Source: the human T2T-CHM13v2.0 reference genome, Homo sapiens. Taken from it: a DNA stretch of 64,000 bases. Shown here in pieces: positions 1-13,287 of this stretch. Position 1 is the first letter of the stretch. Each line of letters opens with the position of its first letter. The notes below the pieces were generated by a model that saw only the letters and a list, made by a program, of their open reading frames with translations, searched no databases and had not been told where the DNA came from. The DNA lies in NCBI RefSeq assembly GCF_009914755.1, contig NC_060927.1. One strand, written 5' to 3'. A program made the translations under genes and the position numbers.

Positions 1-270
1 TATATTCACACAATGGGATACTACATAACACTGAGAATAAACAGTCTACAATGACACATAGTACTATGAATGAGTCTCACAAACGATGTCAAGCAAAAAA
101 AGCCAGACACTTCTTTCTGTATGATTTCATTGACATTAGCCTTGAGGGTAATGGTGACCTCTGGGGGTTGGTAACAGGGAGGGGTGCCAGAGGGCTGTGG
201 GGGCCTGGCAGTGCTTGGTTTCTTGATCCGGGTAGAGGTTACACAGGTGAAAACTTAGTGAGCAGTCTAG
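1..270 (+). mobile_element. Old L1M 3' fragment
   Basis: tatattcacacaatgggatactac...atgaatgagtctcacaaac...ttctttctgtatgatttcatt, typical of L1MC/L1ME 3' ends. Confidence 0.6.
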
Positions 271-292
271 TCACTGCTCTGTCACTGACCAG

Positions 293-382
293 TAGAGAGA
301 CCAATTGTCCTGGTTTGCCTGGGACTGTTCCCATGTTAGCACCAAAAGTCCTGTATCCTGGCAGACTGGGACGACTGGTCCC
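293..382. mobile_element. MER81-like hAT MITE
   Basis: tagagagaccaattgtcctggtttgcctgggact...ctgggacgactggtccc with degenerate terminal inverted repeats. Confidence 0.5.
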
Positions 383-2195
383 CTGGCCCGACTGTGGGAA
401 GTGGGCAGCCACGTGGGCTTCCTTGGCCCCTGTCACCTCAACGCCACATGAAGATGGAATCCCTGCCATGATCCACTCTTGGGTTTGTTGTGAGCATCAA
501 ACAAGGTCCTATGTGAAAATCTGTAGCTGCAGAAGATCCTGATGCCACGGCAGTGGGAAAACCCACTGAAGAATAAACAGTAAGGCAAGTCTCCATGACG
601 GCTGGAGGGGGACCCTGGGACCAAGCGAGACCACAGCGCAGCTGGGGCTGAACAGTGAGAGCTGACCAAGGACTGCTTCTCAAGGGTCTGGTGTTTTTCC
701 CAGGGCCAGAGGTTAGCACTGCCCAGGCCTGGGGCCGCCCTGAAAGGGGCAGGCTGGCCCCGCCCCCTACCCTGCTGTTCCTTACTTATCTAGGGAGCCA
801 GGGAGTCAAGCTCCAGTCCAGCTGCTGTCTTCACTTGTCAGCGCCCCTTCTCCAAGAGGGGGCGGGGCAGGGAAACAGGCAGGGAAATGCACACCTGGCC
901 CGGGGTTTTTCTGCTGATCTGGGGAAGGCTGTGGTGGTGGGGCTAATCCCAGGCAGGAAAGAGGATAACTGTCTGGACTACAATGCCTGTGGTGCAGGTT
1001 CCACTGAGGGGACTGTCCTAACAGGCTATAGTGAGTAAAGTTCCTGAGCATGTGAAAAAGTCACATTGCACAAAATTCACACCACTTCTGCTAAAGCTTT
1101 TATAACACTGGTTTCTAAACCTGGCTATGCATCAGAATCGCCCAGAACCTTCTCTCACACTGGAGTCTGAAGGCCCCAGGGGTCTAAGAAAGTATTCATA
1201 GAGGTCTTCCTCATTTTCTATGAAAATGTTAAATTTTTCCTTTTGTTCTGACAGTAAAAACATTATTGAATGAAAGCATACACATCTGCATCTTTGGGGA
1301 CACCATCCCATAACTGCATGTGGCCACACAGGTTCAGGGGCTAATGACCGTCCGCACCCTGGGGCTTCAGGGACTAAAGCAGCCAGACCCCACCGACAGA
1401 GTGTTCTCAAGCCTTGTTACTCAGAGCGCAGTCGTTGAACCAGCACATTCACAAACCTAGAGCCTGTTAGAAATGTGGCATTCCAGGTCACCCAGACCTG
1501 AACAAAAACCCTGCAATGTAAGGAGCCGCCTAGGTGAGTCAGGCATGCTAATGTTTGTGAAGTGCCGGCCTAGATGGCTGGCCTCCCCTCTCCTGCATTA
1601 TTGTTCATTGAAATGGCTTTGGATTTCCCACCTGATTTTTCAGTTCTAATTACTGTGTTACTTTCTTTTATCTGTTAGTCCCATTGAAGGCTCGATCATC
1701 AATAGTGTTTATTAATTCATCCATATACTAGACTCAAAGATGAGGCTAGTAGTTGGGGTCCCCGTGCCTTGGGGATGGAGTGCTATGCCCTGAAGACAAT
1801 GAGGATGCCCAGAGATTCGCCCCTGGCCTCCTGCCCTCCTTCTTTGTGGACCCACACAAGTGAGGTTTTATTACTTGGTGCCAGCCACATTTCCCACCCT
1901 CCTGACCAAAGGCCCCAGGCTGGCCAGCCTTGGGGACAGTGAGCACCCAGAATGGGGATCTTAGCATGTGTAGCTACATGATGCTATAGAATATGCATGC
2001 TACTGACTCCCTGGGAGCCCAGGAGCAGGGTGGGCTGCCAGGGATAGGAGGGGAGCCTGCCACCCTCCTGACTCTGGGGGGGGCTCCCCATCATGACAAT
2101 GGCAGGGCAGCCTGGGGACCCTCCTGTGGAACCCTCAGCCCCCACCCACTGGTCCACCAAGTGGTCCACCAGTCCACCAAGTGCCCCAGGACTCA

Positions 2196-2357
<162 letters not shown>

Positions 2358-4412
2358 TCACGGAGCCAGCTTGAGACCAGCAGCTGCCCGAATCTGTGTG
2401 TTGACCCCAACCTGGGAGGGGCCAGACACAGGCTTTGGCACAGAGAACAGGCACAGAGACATCTGACCTCCTTGTTAAACAGGTGCGTCAACACACCAGT
2501 GAAACCAACAAACCTCACACTCACCTCAAATGTCCTGTGCAGGGTGGGCAGGGGGAGAAGAGGCCGCTAAATCACCCGCCCCTGAATGGTCTTTTTGTGA
2601 GTCTGTCTCATGAGTTAGTTCCCCTAGGCAGGGACTGTGACTTATGCTTAATAATAATCTCTAGCATTCACTATGTCCTATGTACCCCACCGGCAGCTTT
2701 ACAAGGGTTCTCACCCACCCCAAGGGGTAGGTATAATGCCCGTGCTACTGAGAACATGAGTGAGGCCCAGGGAAGTGCAGTGATTTCCCCACCCGGTTAA
2801 CAAGTGGTGGTCGGGACTCAAGCCCAGGTAGTCCAACTCCTGAGCCATGCTTACCACCGTTCCTCCCTCCTGCCTCTCCTACTCCTCACACAGCTTCATG
2901 GCTGTCCTTCAGGAGCTACTGGTAGGGTAGTCGGGAGAGGCTTCAACCCCAGGGTGGTACCTCTTGGCCATAAAGGACCAGAGATGTCTGTTAATATGTG
3001 CAAAAGGCAGGTACCTGTGGGCTATGCCTGGTCTTGCTTAACTTCGCAGAGCTCACAGCAAATGTTCTAAAACAAAGCATTTAACAGCCCTCAGATGTGA
3101 AAGCTCTGCTCCAATTCCTGCCTCTCAGCCCTTTCTGCTACATTTTAGCCACTTCTCAGTTATCTGGTCCTTGGTGGACACGGTTGTTCCCACAGTATCC
3201 CTCACCAGTGGAAGCTGGACATTGTGTTCCCTGGGCTCTGACACTGCCGACTCCTGAGGACAGTGGCCTATTTGTTTAATTTATTGGTGGTCACTGTTCA
3301 AAGGCAGGCCCTGTATGCCAGCCACTGCCCCTACCCTGTCCTCTTAGCAGGAGTGAGCAGAGCAGAGCAGGCACATGCGCCCAGCGCCGAGGCATGTTTC
3401 TCACCTGACTGCGCTGACCACCAGACCGGTCATAGTCTATCGGAACCTCGCCCCTGCTTACCCCTTTCCTCTTTATGACCAACACAGCCTCAGCCAGCAC
3501 TGAACATCGTGGGAGACATTTATTGGGTGGCATTCATTTGGCCCCTCCTTTCTACTACCTGCAGGGTGGTGAAATAAAGCCAGCTCACCCCAGCCCTCGG
3601 GCTCCTTGCTAGCAGGGCAGTGGCTAAGAAGGGAGGATGAAGCTGTTTCCTCAATCACCGGGACATCAAAGGGCTGCAGAGGCAGGCTGGATGCAGGCAG
3701 AATGTGAGCCAGGCAGGCATCTACCAAAGTGCTTTCAGGGCGGCCTTGAGACCCTGACCGCCTACCCCTGTGACCTCTCTCCTGGCTAGCATAAGAATCA
3801 GAGGTGCTGCAGAGCACCCTGAGCAAGGTCTGGGGTCCTTGTTCCAATCCCAGCACATCCCCTGGCTCACAGTGGGACCTCCTGGGCAAAGCTATTGTGA
3901 ACCTTTGTTTCCTAGTCTACAAGTTGGGGCTCATAAAATCTACCCTGCTCACCTCATGGTGAGAATCATAGGGTTTATTTTTTATGTGAAAGTGCTCTAG
4001 AAACTGTACAGTATGATGCAGATGTGCAGAGCCACCATCACCAAAATGACTTTTGCTGCTAATGGCACCAGAGTGAAAAACAAAAGGGGATAATCATCAT
4101 CATATATACAGCTAACACCTAAGCAGTCTTACTATGTGCAAAGCACTCTTCCCATCCCTTTACCTATATTAACACATTTGATCCTCCTAACAAATCTGTG
4201 AGTTAGGTCCTACTATGATCCCACTTTTCTGATGGGGAATTTGAGGCTTACTGTCACGTCTAGTATGTGGTAGGGGCAGGATTCAAACCTGGGAAGTCTT
4301 CATGGTCTCGGATTTAACCCCAATACTGTATGTTTCCTCTCACACTCAGTGTGAGAGGAAACGGCCAGTGCAATACACACTGGTGTCCATGGGAGAGGCA
4401 GATGAGCCTTAC

Positions 4413-4630
4413 CCAGCCTCCTGGCCAGACCAAAGTCGATGAGCTTGATCCTGGTGCCCGTCTTGTTGACACACATGATGTTCTCCGGCTTGAGGTCCAG
4501 GTGCACGATGCCCTGCTTGTGGATGTACTCCACTCCCTCCGAGATCTGCCGCATGTACTTGATGCACTCACGCTCCGTCAGCTCAAAGTCCTCGTCAATG
4601 ATGCGCTCAAACAGCTCCCCTCCTGACACG
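4413..4630 (-). CDS. MYLK: MYLK exon (~28), catalytic loop and DFG motif
   Basis: 218 bp, cgcag|CGTGTC...GGCTGG|gtaagg; encodes VSGGELFERII...HLDLKPEN...IDFGLARRL. Confidence 0.98.
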
Positions 4631-5567
4631 CTGCGGGAACACGTGCACGGGGTGGTCAGGCCACAGGCTCATGGAGGCCAGGCTGGCAGGGAGTCTGGCC
4701 AGGGTAGGCTGGGGGTAGGAGAAATTGGCAGGAAAGCCCAGGGAATGGGGGTGATGGGCAATTCCTGAATCCCCACCCTCCGACATGGGAGAAGGGTCAG
4801 GGCCTCCTGGTTTCCCATCAGGGAACCCTGCCCTGCACCTTCTAAGCTGCTGGGGACTCAGGGAAGCATCTACACTAGGCAGTTTCAGAGGTGGGTGTGA
4901 ACACAGAGATCCAGACATGATCTTCTTAGCAAAAAGAGTGACCTCTAAACAGTCTCTTTCCCTCAAATGACCACACATGCCTAAGGGAACATTCTTGTAC
5001 TCTAGCCGTGTCTTTTAGTCACAGGGAACTCAAGTTCAAAATACTCACAGTTCCCACAAGCATTTGTTCTGCATAGCCAGGAACGGAAAAATATCTTCAA
5101 TCATCAATAATGAGCCTCAGCAAATTTTCTAAAATTAGTTGGCTGTAACTCATTATACCTACAGCTGTGACAGATTTGCTTACTCTGGCCAGGCCTATAG
5201 TATTGGTTTACTCCCTGCAGTCATAATTAACTGGTCTCCCTTGGACCCCTTCCTTACCCCAGCTGTGTAATCCTTTCTAACTGGATAGGCTTTGGATCCT
5301 GGCTATTTCTAGTGAACTTTGCTTCTGCAGCCACAGGCATGCATCCTCTGCTAGGGACTGCCCCGGGGTCTCAGCCATCAGCATATTGCCCTTCAGTGCA
5401 AATGCATGGCCCCACCGCCTGAGTTGCATGAGTCCTCTCTGTTCCCCTGTCCTAGCCCTCTGACCCACCTTTCTTGGTCTCTGCTTAGCAAGTTTAAAGC
5501 ATCTCTCTGGTAACTTATGCAGCACCCAGATATCAGTAAGCTTGCTTTTCTTTTTTTCTTCTTCAAT

Positions 5568-5797
5568 TTTTTTTTTTTGGTAGAGACAAGGAGTTCAAAG
5601 TTATGTTGAGCTATGATCACACAACTGCACTCAAGCCTGGGTGACAGAGCAAGACCCTGTCTCAAAAGTGAAAGAAAGGAAAGGAAGGAGGAGGGGAGGG
5701 GAGCCCAAGCTGGTCTGGAACTCCTGGTCTCCAGCGATTATCCCACCTCAGCCTCCCAAAGTGCTGGGATTACAGGCATAAGCCATCATGCCTGGCC
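5568..5797 (-). mobile_element. Alu monomer (FLAM/AluJ left arm) interrupted by an inverted insert at 5589-5703
   Basis: T-run + gtagagaca, then the insert, then gcccaagctggtctggaactcctgg...cctcccaaagtgctgggattacaggc...cctggcc. Confidence 0.85.
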
Positions 5798-5819
5798 TAT
5801 AACCAACCAACCTACCTAT

Positions 5820-5992
5820 CTTCCTTCCTTCCTTCCTTCCGTCCTTCCTTCTGTCCTGCCTGCCTTCCTCCCTCCGTCCCTCTCTTCCCTCCCTCCCTCT
5901 CTTCCCTCCCTCCCTTCCTCCCTTCCCTCCCTTGCCTCCCTCCTTTCCTCCTTCTCCCCTCCCCTCCCCTCCTCCTTCCTTTCCTTTCTTTC
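5820..5992. repeat. Polypyrimidine (CCTT/CCCT)n low-complexity tract
   Basis: About 170 bp of almost pure C/T. Confidence 0.95.
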
Positions 5993-5994
5993 GC

Positions 5995-6192
5995 TTTTGA
6001 GACAGGGTCTTGCTCTGTCTTCCAGGCTTGAATGCAGTTCTGTGATCATAGTTCAACATAACTTTGAACTCCTGGGCTCAAGCGATCCTCTTGCCTCAGC
6101 CTCCCAAGTAGCTAGGACTACAGGTATGTGCCACCGCACCTGGCTAATTTTTTTAATGTTTTGTAGAGACAGGGTCTCTCTCTGTCACCCAG
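5995..6192 (-). mobile_element. Partial AluJ
   Basis: ttttgagacagggtcttgctctgtc...ctcctgggctcaagcgatcctc...tagagacagggtctc. Confidence 0.85.
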
Positions 6193-7243
6193 TCATAAGC
6201 TCATGTTTCTGCAGTGGCCTGTAGGTCCACCAGTTGAACAAGGCCGGGTGGGTTCTGGGCCTGTCCTCTTGCAAGGGTATTTCCTCTCCTACAGAGAGTC
6301 CTCACGAAGAGGAAAGGAGCTGAGTTTGAATCCTGCTTCTGCCTTTTATGAGCTGTGTGACATTGGGCAAGTTGCTTAACCTTTCTGAGTCCCAGTTTCC
6401 TTATCTATCCCTGCCTCATAGAGTTTTTAGGAATGTAGGAGGCTTTGTAAAGTATCATGCCTAACACACAGAAGGTGCTCAACACTTATTACTTATCGTT
6501 TGATAAGCTGTGGTGGGCTAGGTGGATCTTGTCACTGACCCCTGCAGGAGAGAGACAGGGATGCACTGTGGGGCCCAGCATACCACAGCCTCTGCCACGT
6601 GACACACACACTCACTTCTGGAAGGGCTGAACTGGAGAAGGTCAGTCTGTGCCAGTGACAGCTGGAGGGAGCTAGAACTCATACTTTAAAACCCATCTGA
6701 GAAGAAGGTCCCCAAATGGCCTGCAGGTGGCGCTCTTGTCCTTATGCCCTCCATTTCTATTGCTCTCTGCCAAGGCTCCAAGACAAACTCTCATCTACAA
6801 GTATTCTTAGGTCTCAGCCAGTTATTAACATCTCTGTGCTTCATTTTCCTCATCTGTAAGATGCAGATTAAAAACAGCCTCACCTCACAGGGTGGCTTCA
6901 AAGACTAAATGAGTCAACACAGGTAAAGTGCTTGGAAGTGTCTGGCACACAGTCAATGCTCAATATTAATGATCAATTTTCTATGTAAAGAATCACTTGG
7001 GGCTCTTATTAAAAATACAAATTCCCAAGCTCCTCCTCTGGAGATTTTGATTTAGAAAGTCTTGGGAGAGATCTGAGGATCTATATTTGTAATAATTACT
7101 CCAGGTCATCCTTATGATCAGACAAGTTTGAGAAATACTGGCTTACTCAACTACCACTCCTGGGAGGCCAGCTGAAATTCACGCCCTCTGAAAAAGTCAC
7201 TCCCCATTTCTTCACATGGAATGATCTTTCCCTCACTGGGCAT

Positions 7244-7317
7244 CCATGGCCTTATGTCCATAGCCTTGTCTCTGCACTTTCCATGGCCTTATGTCCATGG
7301 CCTCGTCTCCGCACTTT
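7244..7317. repeat. 37-bp tandem duplication (2 copies, 3 mismatches)
   Basis: ccatggccttatgtccatagccttgtctctgcacttt followed by ccatggccttatgtccatggcctcgtctccgcacttt. Confidence 0.9.
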
Positions 7318-9689
7318 GTGTATCAAGTTGGCTTTGCCTTGAAGTTCTGAACACATCACAGGTGGCAGGCTCATCTCTAGACCCTTATTTGCCTCCGACT
7401 ATATTTGGCACAGACAAGGTGCTCCAAAATGTTTACATTTAAATTTTAAATATTCTGAAAAAGCAAGCAACCATTGTTTTCAATGCCCTTGGGAATGTCT
7501 GAGGCAGTGAGTGGTGGGAATCTGAGCCATGGAGATAATTCCTGCTGCATTTCTGGAGGAAACCTATTCAATATAAATTCAAATAGGTTCAATCCTATTC
7601 AGATATACTTATTATATTTTGAAAACTGTTCCTATGGTTCAACTTTCTAAGATGGAAGGGGTTAAAGAGGCAGGATTAATGGTTCTGTGGGTTTATCTTC
7701 AAAATACTTAATGCTATGGGTGGAAAATATTGGTTTGATAGACAGAAACTGCCACCCACAGTAATGGGATAATGCCAAGGGCCAAGATTAGGCTTAAATT
7801 AATGGTGAGTGAGTGAATGACTAAATAAATAAGTGATCCCTATCCTAAGGAATCAGATTCATCCCCCAAACCCTAGACCTTGGCTAGCTCTCATAGGAAG
7901 CAAGAAGGAATGGTGCTATCACTGGACTCGAGACCCTCCGCTCCTTGCCCTATGGCAGCCAGCTGGAACGTTCTTTGATAAATTTTGCTAATAGTAGCAC
8001 AAACATGAGATGAGCCATGGATGACACAGCTTAAACTTCACATTGTCTTCAATGCTCAGGGTCCCACAACCACCTGGAATGTCCCAAGCACTTCCAAAAG
8101 GACAAGCCCAAGTAGGCCAGGGGCCTGAAGGAACTGCTGTGTCAGACCAACTACTATATGGTGGGGGCTCATCCAGTAATCAGAAGTCAGAAAGGATGAA
8201 GACACATTCATTACTATTTCCCACTAGATCTGAAGCAACTGGACTTAAGGCTGGGACCCTGGAATACATTTCCATTATTCTATCCCCAGGCATCATCCTT
8301 CTTTTAATCTCAGTTTCTCCATCCAACAAGGTTAGCACATTGCACTGGTGAAAATCATTCTTTCCCTTCTCAGTGGTCAAGTCTTAGAGTGTTTAAGCTG
8401 GAAGGGATGTATAGATGGAGTATGAACCTGTTCCCTTCTTCTTTGGTTGACTGAGTTCTTACCAAGTTCCTACTCTTGGCGACCTGGCCAAGGTCCCAAG
8501 TGCAGGCAAATTTTCTGGTATCTGGGCATGGAAGACCTGCTGCTGTCCACAGGGGAGGCATGGGGTGGAGGGATGAAAGCCAGACTAGCTGAAGCTTTCT
8601 TACATTTTCTCTTTGCTTTTTCCATCCAGCTTGCCAACTCCCAATTCCAAGCTAAGTATGGTATTCTGCCCACTGGTGCTGCTGCCTAGCCTTCCCCAGG
8701 CCCTGTGACTCCTGCCCTCCCTGCACCCTCTCAACTTGCTCAAGGTTTAACTTCTAAAGATAAGACATTTCTCCACATGTCCTCACATGCCCACACCGCC
8801 TGGACTAAGCAACCTGTTCTAGAATAAATGTGAAAAGATGCAGCCCACGGGGCTATTGTGAGGGTGTAAAGAATGAGGTCACAGATGTGGGCTACGTATT
8901 TCCTGAAAATGGGGAGGAACATTTGAATTTGGGGCTGAATGTAGATTGTAAGATACGAATGGAAATTCTTCACCGCGTCTTTTATGGTTCCATGAAATAG
9001 TAGAATTTTATAACCAAAAGGGGCATCTTGAGATTGACTGTTCTAATCCAAGTACTTCTTCGTGCTGATAGGATTTGACAATTGCAAAATCATGACTCAA
9101 TAGTAGCAGAAACTGAAGCCAGGCTTCCTGAATACTAGGGAGGATTTGTTCCACAACACCTTGTTGGAAGTTAAATGCTCAAAAAGTATTTTTAAGTGGA
9201 AAAAAACCAGGATACAAAAAAAGTCAATGTATCATACTACTAACAATAACTCCCCATTATAGAGCACTGTGCCCTATATGCATTATTGCATTGAATCCCA
9301 CAGCGTTCATGAGGTGGGTGTCGTATCTACATTTATGGATAATAAAACTAGGGATTGGTACAATAGAATAACTTACTCAAGGTCAAATAACAAGTTAGAA
9401 GCAGAGCTGGGATTTGAAGTAAGGTTCATCTGACTCAAGCCTACACTCGGAACTACTATTGCCTTTCCTAAGGAACACATACGGAAAGGAAATACTTGTG
9501 TGCCAGAATGTTAATGGCATGAGGGGAGAGAAAAGACTAATATTCCACTCATATCTACAGCTTGGGGATGTCTTACTGGACTCAACTTTCCTGGGAGAGA
9601 ATTCCAAGATGCTAACAGAGCCCTCACCAAAGGACAGAGACCCCCCAAGTTCAGGATGAGCATTTCAAGGATGTTGAAAGCAATTTCAC

Positions 9690-10560
9690 AATATCTCTAA
9701 AGATTTCAAATGTGCATACCCTTTAACCCAGCTCTCCTTCACTTCTGGGAGTTTATCCTATAGATATTCACAGGCATGAGTGAAAAGATGTGTGTACAAG
9801 GTTACAAACGATGCTTGTTTGTAAAAGCAAAAGGCTGGAAACCACTCAATCTCTATCAAAAGAAGGCTGCTTAAATGAATTGTGATTTTCTATACAACAA
9901 AACCCCACAGAGCTGTGAGAATGAGGAAGCTCACTAGGTAGTGAGATGGGACTAACTCCCATAGCAATTTGCTGAAAAAGCAAAGTAGGTTGGGTGCGGT
10001 GGCTCACGCCTGTAATCCCAGCACTTTGGGAGGCTGAGGCAGATGGATCGCTTGAGCCCAGGAGTTCGAGACCAGCCTGGGCAACATGGTGAAATCCTAT
10101 CTGTACAAAAATACAAAAATTAGCTGGGTGAGGTGGCGTGAGCCTGTGGTGAGGTGGGAGGATCGCTTGAACCTGGGAGGCGGAGGTTGCAATAAGCCGA
10201 GATGGCACCACTGCCCTCCAGCCTCGGCGACAGAGTGAGACTCTGTCTCAAACAACAACAACAACAAACAAACCAAACTAAAAAAGCAAAGTATATGACA
10301 GTGAGTATAAGAAGTTACTTTTTGTGTTAAAAGGCAAGAAAATAAGAATATATATATGTGTGTGTGTGTCTGTATACACTTATATTTTCATAAAGAAACT
10401 TTGGAAGGATACAGATAAAAGCCAATAAAATTGTTTGTGTTGGTGATGGTTGTAGTGTTTAGGAAAGGATAGACAGGAATAATGGTGGAAATTAGACTTT
10501 TCACTGTGTATTTCCTAATATTTTTTGAGGTGATTGTAGCATATATTCTAAAAATTCAGA
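9690..10560 (+). mobile_element. Old L1M fragment interrupted by an Alu
   Basis: tgcataccctttaacccagc...cacttctgggagtttatcct...gcaaaaggctggaaacc; continues after the Alu. Confidence 0.6.
9988..10280 (+). mobile_element. Full-length Alu with target-site duplication (TSD)
   Basis: Dimeric Alu with (AAC)n tail; TSD aaaaagcaaagta at 9975-9987 and 10281-10293. Confidence 0.95.
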
Positions 10561-11349
10561 TAAAAAAGGAAACTGTTAAGAATGCAGATGCTGTGGGGGA
10601 TGCCTGGCTTGCTGATGCCAGTGTGCATGCTTGACTGTATGTGTGTGTGTGTGCATGTGTGTGTGTGCGTGTGTACACGCATGCACCAACAGCTCAGAGG
10701 TAAGGGAGGTGGAGGATTCAGGTGCAGAAGAAACAATGAATTCTGCGAAAGGCTTGGCTGGAGGTCATCTGATAATCCCCCTGCCTTTGTACAACCCCAT
10801 AGGGAAAGCACCACTCTTTAGTGAGTGAGAAGTCCAAAGAGTACAAACAAGAGTAGACCAGGGGCATGTGGAGACACAGGATGGGACTGAGGACCAGAGA
10901 GAGGCTTCCATCCTGGATTTCAAGCCCCCAGCCAGGGGCCCCCTTATCTTTCACAGGGAAGTCAGGAAGCTGCCCTGTCCCTCCCCTAAACCACCTTCAG
11001 GTGTGAATGCCCCAAATGAAACCAAGGAGCCTAGGGATAGCTTTGGCCCTTTCATGGGGAGATGAGGGCGAGAAAGACACCAGGGTCCTCAAAGATCTAC
11101 TGGTTTGTTTTGGAAATAAGCACAAGGCTGCAGCTGGGCTGGTGCTCAGAGGCTCAGGGCCAGCACTGTGCACAGACCTTCGGTTCTGTTTGGTCAGGCC
11201 TGGCTGTATGGCTGGTGAGCATCTTACATATCACACTCCTGTCTGCAGTGCTTTCCATCTTGGGGCAGAGGTGGCTGGGGTAGGGCAGTAGGGGAGACAC
11301 GTTTGGGGGCTCCCTGTGGTGCCCACGCTGCTGGCAGTGGGCCACTCAC

Positions 11350-11553
11350 ATCTCCAGGACCATGACGATGTTGGCCTTTTCTTCAAAGGCATCCACACAC
11401 TGGACCAGCTTAGGGTGGTGGAGGCAGTTCATGATGCTAATCTCCTGCCGGATATTCTCTTTCTCTTTTGCTGAATATGCCTTGAAGAACTTCCCTGCCC
11501 AGACTTTTCGAGTTTTCTTTTCTACAAGTCGAAAGACCTGTCCAAATTTCCCA
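11350..11553 (-). CDS. MYLK: MYLK exon (~27), kinase N-lobe
   Basis: 204 bp, tgcag|TGGGAA...GGAGAT|gtgagt; encodes GKFGQVFRLVEKKTRKVWAGKFFK...IVMVLE (Gly loop and catalytic Lys). Confidence 0.98.
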
Positions 11554-11609
11554 CTGCAAATGAAAGGGGGAGGAGAGAAAAGCCACATTTAGCCAAGCTT
11601 TCCGCTAAC

Positions 11610-11810
11610 TTGGGGTTGGCAAATTATGGCCCATGGGACAGATCTGGCCCACCTCCTTTTATAAGTAAGGTGTTACTGGAGCACAGCCCTGCCTGGCTGT
11701 TTGCATGTTGTCTATGGCAGCTTTTGTGCTACAGTGGCAGAGCTAAAGGCATATCGCCCATAAAATCTAAGATATCAGCCTTTATGAAAGGCCCAGACTC
11801 CTGCTCTAGA
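11610..11810. mobile_element. MER58-like hAT element
   Basis: ggggttggcaaattatggcccatggg...taaggtgttactggagcacagcc...ctgctctag. Confidence 0.6.
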
Positions 11811-11847
11811 GCAATGAGGCACATTTGTTTTTTCTTATCTTTAAACA

Positions 11848-11976
11848 TTTTTTTTTTTTTAGAGATGGGGTCTCGCTATGTTGCCCAGGCTGGTCTTGAA
11901 CTCCTGGCCTCAAGCAATCCTCCCACCTCGGCCTCCCAAAGTGCTGAGATTACAAGCGTGAGCCACCACACCTGGC
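11848..11976 (-). mobile_element. FLAM_C-type Alu monomer
   Basis: T-run + agagatggggtctcgctatgttgcccaggctgg...cacacctggcc. Confidence 0.9.
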
Positions 11977-12584
11977 CTTTGAAGCACATTTCTAATGTTG
12001 ACAAGCCTACTGTCAACTTTGGCTGATGGCATCTCTTCCCCTCCCTGCAGTGGAACCCATGAAGATGGGTGGAGACAGCCCTTCCCAAATGCAGAGTATT
12101 ACTGAGCAGTTGCCTTCCTTCCTTCCACTCCCTACCACTGACCCCCTGGTGATGGCCCAGGCAGGGTCCTGCTTCCTACTGCTGAGAGAGGGGAGAGTGG
12201 GGCTCCTCTGTGATGGCACTGACTTCTTTCTGACACTGTTACCCAGTTTGCATCACTCCTTCATTTCCCAGAAACCACTGGAAATACAAGTGGAGTCCCA
12301 CTCCTTTCTCTCCCACCTCTTCTATTCCTCCAGGGACAGCGTAAGGGCAGATGAACAGCTTGGCTCAGGGTTGGGGTCTGAGCCCACTCTATCCTCCATG
12401 CCCTAGGGAGAAGCCAGAGTAAGCAGTGCGAGCCAAGTTCATGAGGGAGCTTGATGACTGCTGCGCGTTTAATGGAGCACTAACGCAGGCATTGCTTTAC
12501 AGTGAGCACTGATCAGGCTACACTGACTTCTGTGGATCAAATGGAAGGGGTGCCAAAGATAATCTGATCCAGTCCTCTCATTTT

Positions 12585-12812
12585 ATTTTATTTTAAAAAT
12601 TATTTTATTTTATTGTTTTTAAGTTCCAGGGTACATGTGCAGGATGTGTACGTTACGTAGGTAAACGTGTGCCATGGTGGTTTGCTGCACCTAACACCCC
12701 ACCATCTAGGTATTAAGCTCAGCATGCATTAGCTCTTCTCCCTAATGTTCTGCTCCCCGCACCCCCTGCTCTCCCCTGACAGGCCCCAGTGAGTGTTATT
12801 CCCCTCCCTGTG
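12585..12812 (-). mobile_element. 5'-truncated L1PA 3' end, same orientation as MYLK, inserted into a MIR
   Basis: aagttccagggtacatgtgcagg...gccatggtggtttgctgcacc...gcatgcattagct; TSD tctcatttt at 12576-12584 and 12813-12821. Confidence 0.9.
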
Positions 12813-13096
12813 TCTCATTTTGGTCCTGGGCTCTGAACAGAGGCACAGAAAAGGAAGGACTTGCCCACAGCCTTTGCAGAGTTGGGGCAGTGTAGGACCG
12901 CATGGGCAACTCTGCAGAGAGTCCTGGGTGAGTGAGTGATGCTTTCGTGGGTCAGTCCTTTGGATCCTGCAGGACTCTCAGTCTGGGGAGGAGGCAGGCC
13001 CCAGGGAGCAACAGGAAGCTGAGGCACTGAATCTAACTGTGAGACCCGCACCACCCTCACCCTGGGAGCCCAGAGGCAACTTCCCACTCCACTTAC

Positions 13097-13190
13097 GATC
13101 CTAATCTCTCCTCAATGTCGTAGAAGTCAGATACTTTTTGTTCAGTATTGATTGTCACTGTCCGGTAATCAACCTCGGGCTCCTTCTCAT
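13097..13190 (-). CDS. MYLK: MYLK exon (~26), start of kinase domain
   Basis: 94 bp, cacag|ATGAGA...TAGGATC|gtaagt; encodes DEKEPEVDYRTVTINTEQKVSDFYDIEERLGS. Confidence 0.96.
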
Positions 13191-13287
13191 CTGTGGGGCA
13201 CAGGTCAGGGTTGGTGTGAGTCTCAGATGCCCCCACTCAGCCCCCTCCACCCCAAGAGCCTGACCCGAAGACAGGGGCTGCACTCAC

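Noticed and set aside
5613-6224. 203-aa Pro/Ser/Leu-rich ORF
   Set aside because: It is a translation of Alu pieces plus the (CCTT)n tract.
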